Program-made: the position numbers and the translations under genes
DNA from: a virus
Reading direction: 5' to 3' (one strand)
DNA length: 64,000 bases
Virus record (IMG/VR): IMGVR_UViG_3300043411_002995
Span: 1-64,000 of that record
The notes under the pieces: model-generated
What the model saw: only the letters and a program-made list of their open reading frames with translations
Told to the model about the DNA's origin: nothing
Database searches by the model: none
Part shown: positions 55,200 to 63,945 of the stretch, piece by piece
Layout of the letters: the number at the start of each line of letters is the position of its first letter
How positions within the stretch are numbered: position 1 is the first letter of the stretch

Positions 55200-55730
55200 C
55201 TAGTTCTTCTTGCCGACGCGGAGGTTGTCATGGAACCCGGCGACCGCGGCGATCGGCGTCGGCCGCGGGTCCACGAGATCCTCGAGCTTGCCCTTGGCCA
55301 CGTCGGCCTTGGTGACCGACGGGATGTCCAGGTCGTCCTCGTCGTCCGAGGACGCCGCCAGGACCTCGGCCTCGCTGGCGTCCTCGTCGTCGGCCCCCGC
55401 GGCGCGCAGCGGCACGACCTTCGACGACTTCCGCTTGTCGACCGTGACCAGCGTCGCGCGCTCCGTCGACGGCGCCGCCTTGGGGCGCGGCGCGTCGTCG
55501 TCGTCCTTGTCGACGACCTTCGCCTTCTTCGGCGGGACGTAGGGCGGGAACGCCCCCTCCTCGACCTTCAGGTCGAGGCAGTCGACGAGCTCGGAGGTTC
55601 CCTTGTCGAGCCGGTTGATCGGCGCGGCATCTCCTGGCTGGAGCAACCGACCCGCCTCCGTGAGGAAGATCGGCCGCGCGTGGGCGGGCCCACGATCAGC
55701 GGAGGTGTTGGTGACCCTGTACTTGTACAT
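55200..55730 (-). CDS. Hypothetical protein with disordered acidic C-terminus
   Basis: Follows the capsid gene; leaderless promoter upstream. Confidence 0.65.
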   Translation of the reverse strand: MYKYRVTNTSADRGPAHARPIFLTEAGRLLQPGDAAPINRLDKGTSELVDCLDLKVEEGAFPPYVPPKKAKVVDKDDDDAPRPKAAPSTERATLVTVDKRKSSKVVPLRAAGADDEDASEAEVLAASSDDEDDLDIPSVTKADVAKGKLEDLVDPRPTPIAAVAGFHDNLRVGKKN

Positions 55731-55737
55731 GCCTGAA

Positions 55738-55767
55738 ACGGTAAGCCCGCGCAGGCGCCCTGGTCAA
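55738..55767 (-). promoter_or_regulatory. Sigma70-type promoter, leaderless
   Basis: TTGACC-18-TACCGT on the - strand, 7 nt before ATG 55730. Confidence 0.45.
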
Positions 55768-55814
55768 GGCGCGAGCGCGGGCCCCTCAGCCAGCGTCGGA
55801 TCAGCTCGAGCCGA

Positions 55815-56711
55815 TCAGGTCAGCGTCATCTTGGCCGCGGCGCGCAGGTTGCCGTAGCCCATGCCGACGTACTCCCAGGTCTGCCACGACACCATGTCAC
55901 CGCGCTTCTCGATGTAGAACTTGGTGTCGTTCAGGATGTAGAAGTTGCCGAGGTACTTCGGGTCCGTGAAGATGTACAGGGTGCCGGGCACCACGATCGA
56001 CGACTTGATCGTCACCACCAGCTTGTGGCCGAGGATGGTGTTGTACTTGTAGCCGTTGACCAGGATCTCGCTGGCCAGCGGGGAGCCGATCACGGCGCCC
56101 TCCTGGGTCATGAAGTCGTCCCAGTCGGCCTTGTGCATCAGGATGGTGCCGACGGCGAGCTCGTCGGTGTCCAGCGCCTTGAAGAGCTTGACCAGGTTCT
56201 CGCTGGTCGCCGGGCCGGCGGCCGCGGGGGCGATGGTCTTGCCGTTCGCCGCGATCACCGCGTCGGTGAACTCGATGAACTTGCCGTCCTCGATCTTCTG
56301 GATGTCCTTGACCGAGTTCTCCTCGATGACCTTGGTCACCGGGTAGTCGTAGGCCAGGAGCTCCGCCTCGTTCTTCTTGAACTTGTCGGACTCGATCTTG
56401 AAGAACGGGATCTCGTAGCGGTCGCTCTCGATGTACCGCTCGTGGGTCTTGCCCCGGAAGTTGACCGCGGCCGCCGAGCTCTGCGGCTCGATGTCGACGA
56501 TCTTGACCAGGGTGTCGTGGTTGACCGACCGCTGGCAGTCGGCCTTGGTGAGGTACTCCGGCGGCAGGATGCTGCGCACGAAGCTGACCTCGCGGAGGCG
56601 CTCGCGCACGAAGGCACCGCCGGCCTGGGCGGCCTTCTCGAGGCCGTCCGCCGTGTCCAGGCGCGAGACGAAGAGGTTGTTGAAGGTGGCCGCGTCGATC
56701 TGGGGGTCCAT
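55815..56711 (-). CDS. Major capsid protein (HK97 fold predicted)
   Basis: 298 aa; RLRE.SF.R.I.PP, YEIPFF.I, EL..YD, KDI..IED..F, LG.F..L.D, E.VGM..GN; strong codon bias; AGGAG RBS. Confidence 0.78.
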   Translation of the reverse strand: MDPQIDAATFNNLFVSRLDTADGLEKAAQAGGAFVRERLREVSFVRSILPPEYLTKADCQRSVNHDTLVKIVDIEPQSSAAAVNFRGKTHERYIESDRYEIPFFKIESDKFKKNEAELLAYDYPVTKVIEENSVKDIQKIEDGKFIEFTDAVIAANGKTIAPAAAGPATSENLVKLFKALDTDELAVGTILMHKADWDDFMTQEGAVIGSPLASEILVNGYKYNTILGHKLVVTIKSSIVVPGTLYIFTDPKYLGNFYILNDTKFYIEKRGDMVSWQTWEYVGMGYGNLRAAAKMTLT

Positions 56712-56764
56712 CTGGTCGTTCTCCTGGCGCTGAGGTGGTTGGTGGGGGTGGGCCTACCGTGGCC

Positions 56765-57271
56765 TCAGAGACCCGGCGACTCGTAGTGGAGGACGCCGCT
56801 GGCGACCTCGATGACGCGCCCGACGACGCCCTGCAGCTGGCGCGCGTCCATGGTCGCCGGGTTGGGGGCGTCGAGGTAGCCGCGGTCCTCGGCGGCGTCG
56901 AACACGACGACCAGGAGGTAGCCGGGGGCGAAGGTGCCGCCGGTGTTGTAGAACGTGGTCTTGGCCTGGTACGTCCCGCTCAGGACGGTGATCGCGCCGG
57001 TGGCCAGGGTGTCGGACTGGCCATCGCCGCCCGGCACGCGGAGGGTCCAGCAGACCTTGGCGCCGAGGGCGGGCGAGTTGATGTCGTCGGCGACGACGAC
57101 CTTGGCGGCCTTGGTGACGCCACCGCTGGTGGCGGGCTTGACCCACTCGCCCGGATCGAACCGGAGGGTGGTGTCGACGACGAGCAGGTCCTGGCGGAGC
57201 ATCTCGTCGCCGCCACGGACGATCTCGAAGTCGCGGGCGGCGCGGACATCCTTGGGAACGGGGAAGGTCAT
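56765..57271 (-). CDS. Putative head decoration (cement) protein
   Basis: Immediately upstream of MCP; GEWV, TG.ITVL.G.Y.A.T, G..L.V, VG.V. Confidence 0.6.
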   Translation of the reverse strand: MTFPVPKDVRAARDFEIVRGGDEMLRQDLLVVDTTLRFDPGEWVKPATSGGVTKAAKVVVADDINSPALGAKVCWTLRVPGGDGQSDTLATGAITVLSGTYQAKTTFYNTGGTFAPGYLLVVVFDAAEDRGYLDAPNPATMDARQLQGVVGRVIEVASGVLHYESPGL

Positions 57272-57293
57272 CTGTCTCTCCTGGGGTCTGGGG

Positions 57294-57620
57294 TCAGTCG
57301 GCCAGCGTGTGGAAGAACGCCGTCACCGCAGAATCGCCGCCGGCAACCGTGCCGCCAGCGCTGGCGACCTTGCCGAGATCCGGCATGTCGACGTCGAGCT
57401 CGAGCGCCTGCTCGAGCACCTCGAGGTTCTTCTCGAGGAGCGAGGCCACCTTGATCTGGAAGGCCTCGTAGGACTCGAAGGGCGGGATCTTCCCCCGCTC
57501 CACCATCGAGAACGCGAGCTTCGTCGCGTCCTCGCGCTTCTGCGCCCGGTCCAGCGCGTCAGCCGCCTCCTTCAGGAGGTCGTTCTTGTCGTCGATCTTG
57601 ATCACGTCGTTGGTCGCCAT
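57294..57620 (-). CDS. Putative scaffold-like/internal head protein
   Basis: Helical; KEAA, KLA, two KVAS; C-terminal FF..L; GAGGAG RBS. Confidence 0.6.
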   Translation of the reverse strand: MATNDVIKIDDKNDLLKEAADALDRAQKREDATKLAFSMVERGKIPPFESYEAFQIKVASLLEKNLEVLEQALELDVDMPDLGKVASAGGTVAGGDSAVTAFFHTLAD

Positions 57621-57710
57621 GTTCTCCTCGGGGTCGTGTCGATGATCGGCTGACCGTCCGGGAGTCGCAGCTTGAGATCCCATCCTCTCACGGGATCTCA
57701 ATACGTCAAC

Positions 57711-58568
57711 TCAGCCGTTGACGATGACCACGCCGGACTTCTTCTTCTCGGGCTCGGACTTCCCGCCGTTGATCGCGCGGTACGCGAGCGCGCCGCCGCC
57801 GAGGTACAGCGCCGGCTTCTTCATCTTCTTGAGCTGGTCGTTGGTCACGCCGAGCTGCGTGCCGCCGATGTTGACGCCGAGCGCCTTGCCACCGGCCGCC
57901 CCGCCGCTCGCCGCCGAGGCGGCGGGCGTGACCGCCTGCCGGAGCTCCTTCATGGCGGGCAGGTGGGCGAAGCCCTTGTTGTCGCCCAGGATCGCGTGGA
58001 CGGTGGCGTCGGGGTACTTCTTCCGGAGCTTCTCGACGAACTTCATCTTCTCGATGTCGCCGAGGCCATCGTAGGCCCGCGCCGAGCTCTTCCAGCTGCG
58101 GAGCGCGCTCTCCGCATGCTGCTTCGCCTTGTCGACGGTGGACCCGGCGCGACTGGAGCGCAGGCTCGAGCCGATCTCGCCGAAGAACCGGCGGATGCCG
58201 CCGGGTGCCGCGGCCTTCTCGAGGAACTCGGCGATCGCCTCGGGCGAATGGCCGGCCTCGAGCGCCACCTTGATGAAGGCGGCGGTGTCCACGGTGGGCG
58301 CCGCCGGCGCCGCCGTCTTGGTCTGGCCGCCGTCGATGGCGGCGATCTCCGCCATCGTCCGACGGATGATCTCGACGGACGCGACCTTCTCGGCCAGGGT
58401 CGCGTTCCCCGCCGCGACCTGGTCGGCCGGCGAGGCCTCGGCTGCACGGCGACACCGCGCGGCGAGCTTGGAGAAGTCGGGCTTCGCCGGCGCCGCCGTC
58501 TTGGTGTGCCGAGCGCCGAGGTTGTTCACCCCGGTCTCGTTGAGCAGCTCGTCGAGTGTGAAGCCCAT
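57711..58568 (-). CDS. Putative internal head protein (K-x-A repeats, C-terminal hydrophobic helix)
   Basis: Two TKTAA, EKVAS, EKAAA; ALYLGGGALAY. Confidence 0.65.
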   Translation of the reverse strand: MGFTLDELLNETGVNNLGARHTKTAAPAKPDFSKLAARCRRAAEASPADQVAAGNATLAEKVASVEIIRRTMAEIAAIDGGQTKTAAPAAPTVDTAAFIKVALEAGHSPEAIAEFLEKAAAPGGIRRFFGEIGSSLRSSRAGSTVDKAKQHAESALRSWKSSARAYDGLGDIEKMKFVEKLRKKYPDATVHAILGDNKGFAHLPAMKELRQAVTPAASAASGGAAGGKALGVNIGGTQLGVTNDQLKKMKKPALYLGGGALAYRAINGGKSEPEKKKSGVVIVNG

Positions 58569-58606
58569 GTGAGTTCCCCCGGATCGAAGATCGGAAGCGA
58601 CGGGGC

Positions 58607-59092
58607 TCAGCGGCCCATGTGCTTGGCGAGCAGCCGCGACACGTACTGCGGATCCGCCGCCATCTTGGCGAGGATCTTCTTCTTCCGCGCCCGGACCTTG
58701 GCGGCCGAGGTCTTCTCCTCGCCGCTGTCCTCCTTGGACTCGCGCGGCTCGGTCTTCTCCTCGTACTCGGAGTCGTCCTCCTCGTCGCCCTCCTTCTTCT
58801 CCTTCTTCTTGCCGCCCATGGCCGCGGCCATGGCCTCCTCGAAGGCGGACTTCTTGTCCGCCTCGCCGGCGCCCGGCATCGCCTCGTCGACGGCGATCTT
58901 CACCATGTCGGCGAAGACGTGGTGGGCGAGGGTACGACCGATCGCGTCGTAGTCCTGCGCCTGCTTGAGGAGGCCGGGGTCGACCTGGCTGAGGTCGCGG
59001 GCGGGCGGGAGCCCCTGCGCGGCGCGCACCTGCGCGACCTTCTCGTGATCGCGCGACTGCATCGCGCCGAAGACTGCCTTGAGCGAGTTCAT
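58607..59092 (-). CDS. Putative internal head/scaffold protein
   Basis: KQAQDYDAIGRTLAH..F.D..KIA; acidic and basic low-complexity tracts. Confidence 0.65.
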   Translation of the reverse strand: MNSLKAVFGAMQSRDHEKVAQVRAAQGLPPARDLSQVDPGLLKQAQDYDAIGRTLAHHVFADMVKIAVDEAMPGAGEADKKSAFEEAMAAAMGGKKKEKKEGDEEDDSEYEEKTEPRESKEDSGEEKTSAAKVRARKKKILAKMAADPQYVSRLLAKHMGR

Positions 59093-59138
59093 GGTGTGCT
59101 CCGCGTTCGTGGGGGGAGGTGGGTCGGCTACGCCAGGC

Positions 59139-59852
59139 TCAGGCCTGGAGGTCGCGGACCGTGGCGAAGCCGAGCGGCGAGCCGCCACCCAGGCCGATCG
59201 CGGCCGCCTCGGGGTCGGTGCCGGTGCCCTGGCCGGCCGAGATGGTCTTGGTCGGGGCGAGGGTGTCCGAGTAGGTCTGCTTCGGGCCGGGGCCCGAGGT
59301 GACCATCTTCTCGTCGTGGTTCGCCGACCCGGCGAAGTTGGTCTCGAGCGTGGGCAGGCCGCGCTCGCCGAGCGCCGGGGTCTTCGCCCCCGACTCCGAC
59401 TCGGTCATCTGGTTGTCGGGGGCGGTCGTCGCCAGGCCCTCGGCCAGCTTGTGGAACTCGGAGAAGAAGCCGCGCGCCATGATGCGGCCGGCGGCGTCGT
59501 ACTCCTGCGCGACCTTCATGATCTGGCCGTCGTCCTCGTCGGCGACCTGCTCCTCGGCCTCGGCGGCCGCGAGCTTCTCCGCCATGGCGGCGAAGTCGAC
59601 GTCGTCCTGCTCGACCTCGGGCGCCGGCGCGTGAGCGGCGGCCGCGGCCTGCTTGACGTGATCCTGATCGGTGAGCGCGAGGTAGAGGCTGGCGAGCGAG
59701 TTCATCTGGTCTCCTCCGGAGGCGAGCTTGGTGTGGTCGCCGCCGGTGGCGGCAGGCTTGCGCGCCGGCGGCGCGCCGGTCGCGGAATCGTGGGTCGTGG
59801 TCTCGGTGCTGGCGGACGCGAACTTGTTCATCAGGTCGCTGAGGGTGGGCAT
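59139..59852 (-). CDS. Putative internal head/scaffold protein
   Basis: KVAQEYDAAGRIMARGFFSEFHKLA; AAGGAG RBS. Confidence 0.7.
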   Translation of the reverse strand: MPTLSDLMNKFASASTETTTHDSATGAPPARKPAATGGDHTKLASGGDQMNSLASLYLALTDQDHVKQAAAAAHAPAPEVEQDDVDFAAMAEKLAAAEAEEQVADEDDGQIMKVAQEYDAAGRIMARGFFSEFHKLAEGLATTAPDNQMTESESGAKTPALGERGLPTLETNFAGSANHDEKMVTSGPGPKQTYSDTLAPTKTISAGQGTGTDPEAAAIGLGGGSPLGFATVRDLQA

Positions 59853-59854
59853 GG

Positions 59855-61672
59855 TCAGATCTCCTTCATGCGCCGCGCGAGCCGCTGGACCGACTCGAGG
59901 ATCGAGGCGTCGAGAGCCGGATCGCTCATCAGCCCGCCGAACTTGGTGAGGTGGTGAGTCGCGCGATCGTGCGGTGCTGCAACAGACGCGAGTCGCTCGA
60001 AGCCTCCACGGCTCCCGGCTTGCGATCGTTGCTGTTGAACACCTGCATGGATGTACGCGAGTGGGATCAATCCTGTGATCCCGGCCGTCTTGCGCTGATG
60101 GTAGGCTGGGCCGTTTTTTGCGTCAAGTCCGGCACCTGTGCCGTGGGGCTCCAGATCCCGCGGCGCCCCCAGCTGTTGCGCTGCCACGGTCGCCCCGACA
60201 CCTGCGCTGATCAGGAGCGGGAGCATCCAAGGGTGCTTCGCGATCGCGCGCACCGGCGACGGCGCCTTCTCGACCAGCTGGGGGAACGCCCGACGGAAGA
60301 CCATGAACCCGGCGGCGAGTGCGAGGCTGGCGGGCACCACGCCGGGCATACCCGACGAGAGCCGTCGCTGCTCGTTCGTCATGGGATACCACTGGCTGTC
60401 GCGGTTGTACCCCTCGATCTCCCCGCGCTTCTCCATCCGCTCGAGGCGGGCGGCGAGGATCTCGGGATAGCAGCTCCGGTCGGCGATGTAGGGGCGCAGC
60501 TGCAGCGCGACCTTCTCGCTGACGTCGTGCTCGCTCAGGTGCTCGAGCTCGCGTGCCCACTTCGGCATCGGGCCAGGCCGGTGCTCGTCGAACACCAGGC
60601 GGTGGGCCGCCAGCTTGTCCGCGAGGGCACGGGCGCCCTGCTTGACCAGGATGATCCGCTGGAACTCCTGCGGGCGCAGGTCGATCCCCAACGCGGCGAG
60701 CGTGGCGAAGATCTCGCGCAGCGGGAAGCCCGTGAGCTGGTTGAGCAGCGCCGGCGGCAACGCCGGCTCGGTCGACTTGACCGCACCGGCGTCCTCCATG
60801 AAGGCGTCGACCTTCGCCTGGTCGGACGGCGTCACGCCCTCGATCTTCGTCTCGCCCGCCGGGACCTCCTTGGTCAGGTCGGCGGTCTTGCGCGCCGAGC
60901 TCGCCTTCTCGGCGGCCGCGTACTTGGCGTAGAAGCTCTCGCCGAGCTCGGCCGAGCTCGGCCGGATCTCGTAGATGCACCCATCGTGCGCGACCTTCTT
61001 CAAGACGTGGCTCGCCTTCTCGGCACCGATCGTCACGAAGGAAATGTCGAAGAACTTCGGCTTGTCGTTGAACGCGAAGACCCGCCGTCCGTCCGGCAGG
61101 ATCTTGTTCATCTGGTAGCGGAGGTGCGGGCAGTACTCGGCCCGGTTCTTCGCGCGGTTGCCGCAGACGGAGCAGCGGTCCCACGGGACCCGGCACCCCA
61201 TCGAGACGTCCCAGTACCGGTTCGCGGCGAGGTCGCCGAGGATGTCCTGGCACTTCGCGTCGTCGACGCGGACGATCAGCAGGACGCGGTGCATGCCCGG
61301 GTCGTAGGCCGAGAGCGTGACCTTCTCGCCGTACGCCCGCGCCGGGTCCTTGTTGACGTGGTGCTTGAACGGGTAGGCGTAGTGCTGGAACGTCTCGTAG
61401 CCGTACTCGGGACCGGGGTGGCGCAGCGCCTCCTCGGGGAAGTAGTCGCCGTTGACGTTCGACCCGTAGTACTCGCCCGACCCCATCGCGTCGATGAGCA
61501 GCTGGGTCTTGCCCGGGATCGGCGCCGCCGATCGCAGGTACTGCTCGATGGACGCGGGGAGCTCGCGCGCCATCTTGATGTGGCCGATCGACCGCTCGAG
61601 GTTGGCCTCGATCGGGAAGATGTGCGGGCCGGTCCGCGCGTCGTACCCAGCGTAGTTGATCAGCTTGTACAA
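59855..61672 (-). CDS. Putative prohead (capsid maturation) protease with C-terminal extension
   Basis: N.NGDYF..E.L, F.HH.NKD...G.V, VSMGC.V..D.CS.CG...C.H, FFDIS.V..GA consistent with the His/Ser HK97/assemblin-type pattern; TTG start. Confidence 0.7.
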   Translation of the reverse strand: MYKLINYAGYDARTGPHIFPIEANLERSIGHIKMARELPASIEQYLRSAAPIPGKTQLLIDAMGSGEYYGSNVNGDYFPEEALRHPGPEYGYETFQHYAYPFKHHVNKDPARAYGEKVTLSAYDPGMHRVLLIVRVDDAKCQDILGDLAANRYWDVSMGCRVPWDRCSVCGNRAKNRAEYCPHLRYQMNKILPDGRRVFAFNDKPKFFDISFVTIGAEKASHVLKKVAHDGCIYEIRPSSAELGESFYAKYAAAEKASSARKTADLTKEVPAGETKIEGVTPSDQAKVDAFMEDAGAVKSTEPALPPALLNQLTGFPLREIFATLAALGIDLRPQEFQRIILVKQGARALADKLAAHRLVFDEHRPGPMPKWARELEHLSEHDVSEKVALQLRPYIADRSCYPEILAARLERMEKRGEIEGYNRDSQWYPMTNEQRRLSSGMPGVVPASLALAAGFMVFRRAFPQLVEKAPSPVRAIAKHPWMLPLLISAGVGATVAAQQLGAPRDLEPHGTGAGLDAKNGPAYHQRKTAGITGLIPLAYIHAGVQQQRSQAGSRGGFERLASVAAPHDRATHHLTKFGGLMSDPALDASILESVQRLARRMKEI

Positions 61673-61676
61673 GCGA

Positions 61677-62516
61677 TCACTTCCACCGGGCGTTCCCGCC
61701 CGCGACGGACGCTGACGGCCTGACCCGCGGCGTCTGCGGCGCCTGCTCGCTCCGAGCTTCGGCCGCCTGCATCCGCTGCACCTTCTCCTCGATGGTGACC
61801 GGCCCACGCTTCGGCGCCGTCGGCCGGACTGCGCCGCCCATCCGCCCCTCGCGGATCTCGCCCACGTTGCGGTTGGCATCGGACCAGCGCTGAGCCTTGT
61901 TCGAGGGGGCGTTGTAGGCGGCCTCGGCGCGCGCCTTGGTCGCGGTGTAGTCCGTCCTCCGCGCCTGCATCCGCGCCTTGCGCGCGTCGGCCTCGGCCTG
62001 CGTGAGCTGCTTCCCAGAACCTGACGCGCGCGCCTGGGCGTTGACCAGCTCGCCGCCGACCATCACCTTGCGGCCCGGCGCGTTGTTGGCGTCGAACTTC
62101 TTGTTGTAGGCCTGCTCGCTGATGACGCGCTGCGCGCGCTGCGGGGCTGTCTCCCACGGCACGCCGGGGTCACCGCGACCGCCACCGCCCCCCTGCTTCT
62201 TCGGGGTGGCGGGCGGTGGAGTCGGATCTCCGGCCTTGCTCGGGCGGTAGCCGGGCGACGGACGCCATCCCTGGGGTGCGTTCTTCGCCGGCGACTCCAT
62301 CTTCTGGGTCGGGATGGCGCCGAGCAGGTTGCCGCCGGGCGCGCCCATCTGGTTGGGCGGCTTGGGCGCCGGCGCGCCGGGGACGCCGGTCGAAGGAGGG
62401 CGAACGATGCCGCCGGGCGGCGGCGGACGTGGAACCGACGGCACGCCAGCCGGCGCACCCCAAGGCCCTGCGACCTTGAGGAGCTCGTCGGCGAAGCCTG
62501 CGAGGTATCGGTTCAC
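61677..62516 (-). CDS. Pro/Gly-rich putative internal head protein
   Basis: MNRYLAGFADELLKVAG; low complexity. Confidence 0.65.
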   Translation of the reverse strand: MNRYLAGFADELLKVAGPWGAPAGVPSVPRPPPPGGIVRPPSTGVPGAPAPKPPNQMGAPGGNLLGAIPTQKMESPAKNAPQGWRPSPGYRPSKAGDPTPPPATPKKQGGGGGRGDPGVPWETAPQRAQRVISEQAYNKKFDANNAPGRKVMVGGELVNAQARASGSGKQLTQAEADARKARMQARRTDYTATKARAEAAYNAPSNKAQRWSDANRNVGEIREGRMGGAVRPTAPKRGPVTIEEKVQRMQAAEARSEQAPQTPRVRPSASVAGGNARWK

Positions 62517-62528
62517 GTCGATGGCCGA

Positions 62529-62933
62529 TCAGCCGCCCTGCGGGCGCGGCGGGAGCGGACCGTTGCCCAGGGTGACCTTGGCCTTCGGCGCGGCCTTCGG
62601 CGCGGGCATGCCCGGGTTCTTGTGCTGGCCGGTGACCGGGTTCATCTTGGTCTTGCTGCCGAACGCCTGGCCGGGGGCGTTGGTGTCGGTGGGCGCCGGG
62701 ACCTTGGGCACGCCGCCGCCCGGGCCCTTGCGGCCGGCGCGGCCACCCGCGAACGGGTCGTAGCCCGAACCGGTGGCGTCGGCGAGCTTGCTCAGCTCGT
62801 CGGCGAACGCGCGCGCGGTGATCCGGCCCGCGGCGTCCTCCTCCTCCGCCTGCTTGATGATCTCGGCAGCCTGCTTCTCGAGCTCGGCATCCTTCGACGC
62901 CATGGTGTCGTACACGTCCGTGAGGGTTCGCAT
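62529..62933 (-). CDS. Putative internal head protein
   Basis: EKQAA..KQAEEEDAAGRITARAFADELSKLA; AAGGAG RBS. Confidence 0.7.
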   Translation of the reverse strand: MRTLTDVYDTMASKDAELEKQAAEIIKQAEEEDAAGRITARAFADELSKLADATGSGYDPFAGGRAGRKGPGGGVPKVPAPTDTNAPGQAFGSKTKMNPVTGQHKNPGMPAPKAAPKAKVTLGNGPLPPRPQGG

Positions 62934-62951
62934 CTCCGTGTCTCCTTCGGG

Positions 62952-63941
62952 CTAGCGCCCCGTGATCAGTTTTCGCACGCCGCCCAGAACAGTACCAGCG
63001 GCGTTGACAGGCGGCTTGCGCCCGAACATCCGCCCCACCCGGCGCGTCGCGCCGCCGGCGAGGCCCAGGCCCATCTTGCCGAGGACCAGGGCGGCGATGG
63101 CCGACCCCTGTGGGCTGCTGGTGATGGCCTTCACGGCCTCGTCGGCCTTGCCGGCCGCGCCGCGCGCGGCGATGCCGACGTTCTTCTTGAACTCGCTGCC
63201 GCGATCGCCGATGTAGTTCGAGGCGCGGTTCGCGTACTCCTCGGCGGAGGCGGCGCTCTTCTCGATCCCGAAGGACGTGCCGAGGAACCGGGGCGAGGCG
63301 TGCTTGCCCATCTGCGAGCTCGAGGTTGCGCGGAGCGACATCGAGCCGCCCTCCACGAGCCCGTGCTTCGCGCCGGGGGCGCCGTGGCTGGGCGCGCGCG
63401 CCTCGCTGCTGTGGAAGCGCTCGCCACCGGCCTCGAGCGGCGCCGGCTGCTCCTTGGCCGGACGGTGGAACCCGGTCGGCAGGCCGCTGTCGGCGTCCCA
63501 GTCGCTGGGCGCCGCGCCCGCGCACTTCACCGCGCCCTTCTTCTTGGGCTGGCCGGTGCCGTACATGCCGCCGCCGGCCTCCTCGCCACCGGAGTCCATC
63601 CCGCCAGGGGTCACGGCGGGGCTGGCGCCGGCCGGCTCGCTCGGCTTGGCCGGCTTGGTCGACGGGTCGTCCTTCGCGGCCTCCGCCATCTTCTGGTGGA
63701 AGGTCGCGTCGTCACGCCCGGGGAGGTCGCGGAAGAACCGCCCGCCGCGCGGCTGCGCGGCCTTCTGGAAGAACATCCCATCGCCAGCGACCTTCCCGAG
63801 CGGCTGGCGCTCGGGGTTGGTCTGCGGGTGCTTCTTCTCGGGGAGGTCGCTCATGTTCGGGGTCTCCTTCGCCCACTCTCGCGCCTTCTTGGGGTTCGTG
63901 GCGAAGAAGAGGCGCTGCTGGGCCTTGGACTCGAAGGGCAC
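62952..63941 (-). CDS. Putative internal head protein (MPF.SKAQ.R N-terminal motif, K-x-A repeats, glycine zipper)
   Basis: MPFESKAQQRLFFA..P..A.EW..ETP...LPEK; GKVA, QKAA, QKMA, GKHA, EKSA; IAALVLGKMGLGLAGG. Confidence 0.7.
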   Translation of the reverse strand: MPFESKAQQRLFFATNPKKAREWAKETPNMSDLPEKKHPQTNPERQPLGKVAGDGMFFQKAAQPRGGRFFRDLPGRDDATFHQKMAEAAKDDPSTKPAKPSEPAGASPAVTPGGMDSGGEEAGGGMYGTGQPKKKGAVKCAGAAPSDWDADSGLPTGFHRPAKEQPAPLEAGGERFHSSEARAPSHGAPGAKHGLVEGGSMSLRATSSSQMGKHASPRFLGTSFGIEKSAASAEEYANRASNYIGDRGSEFKKNVGIAARGAAGKADEAVKAITSSPQGSAIAALVLGKMGLGLAGGATRRVGRMFGRKPPVNAAGTVLGGVRKLITGR

Positions 63942-63945
63942 GCGA

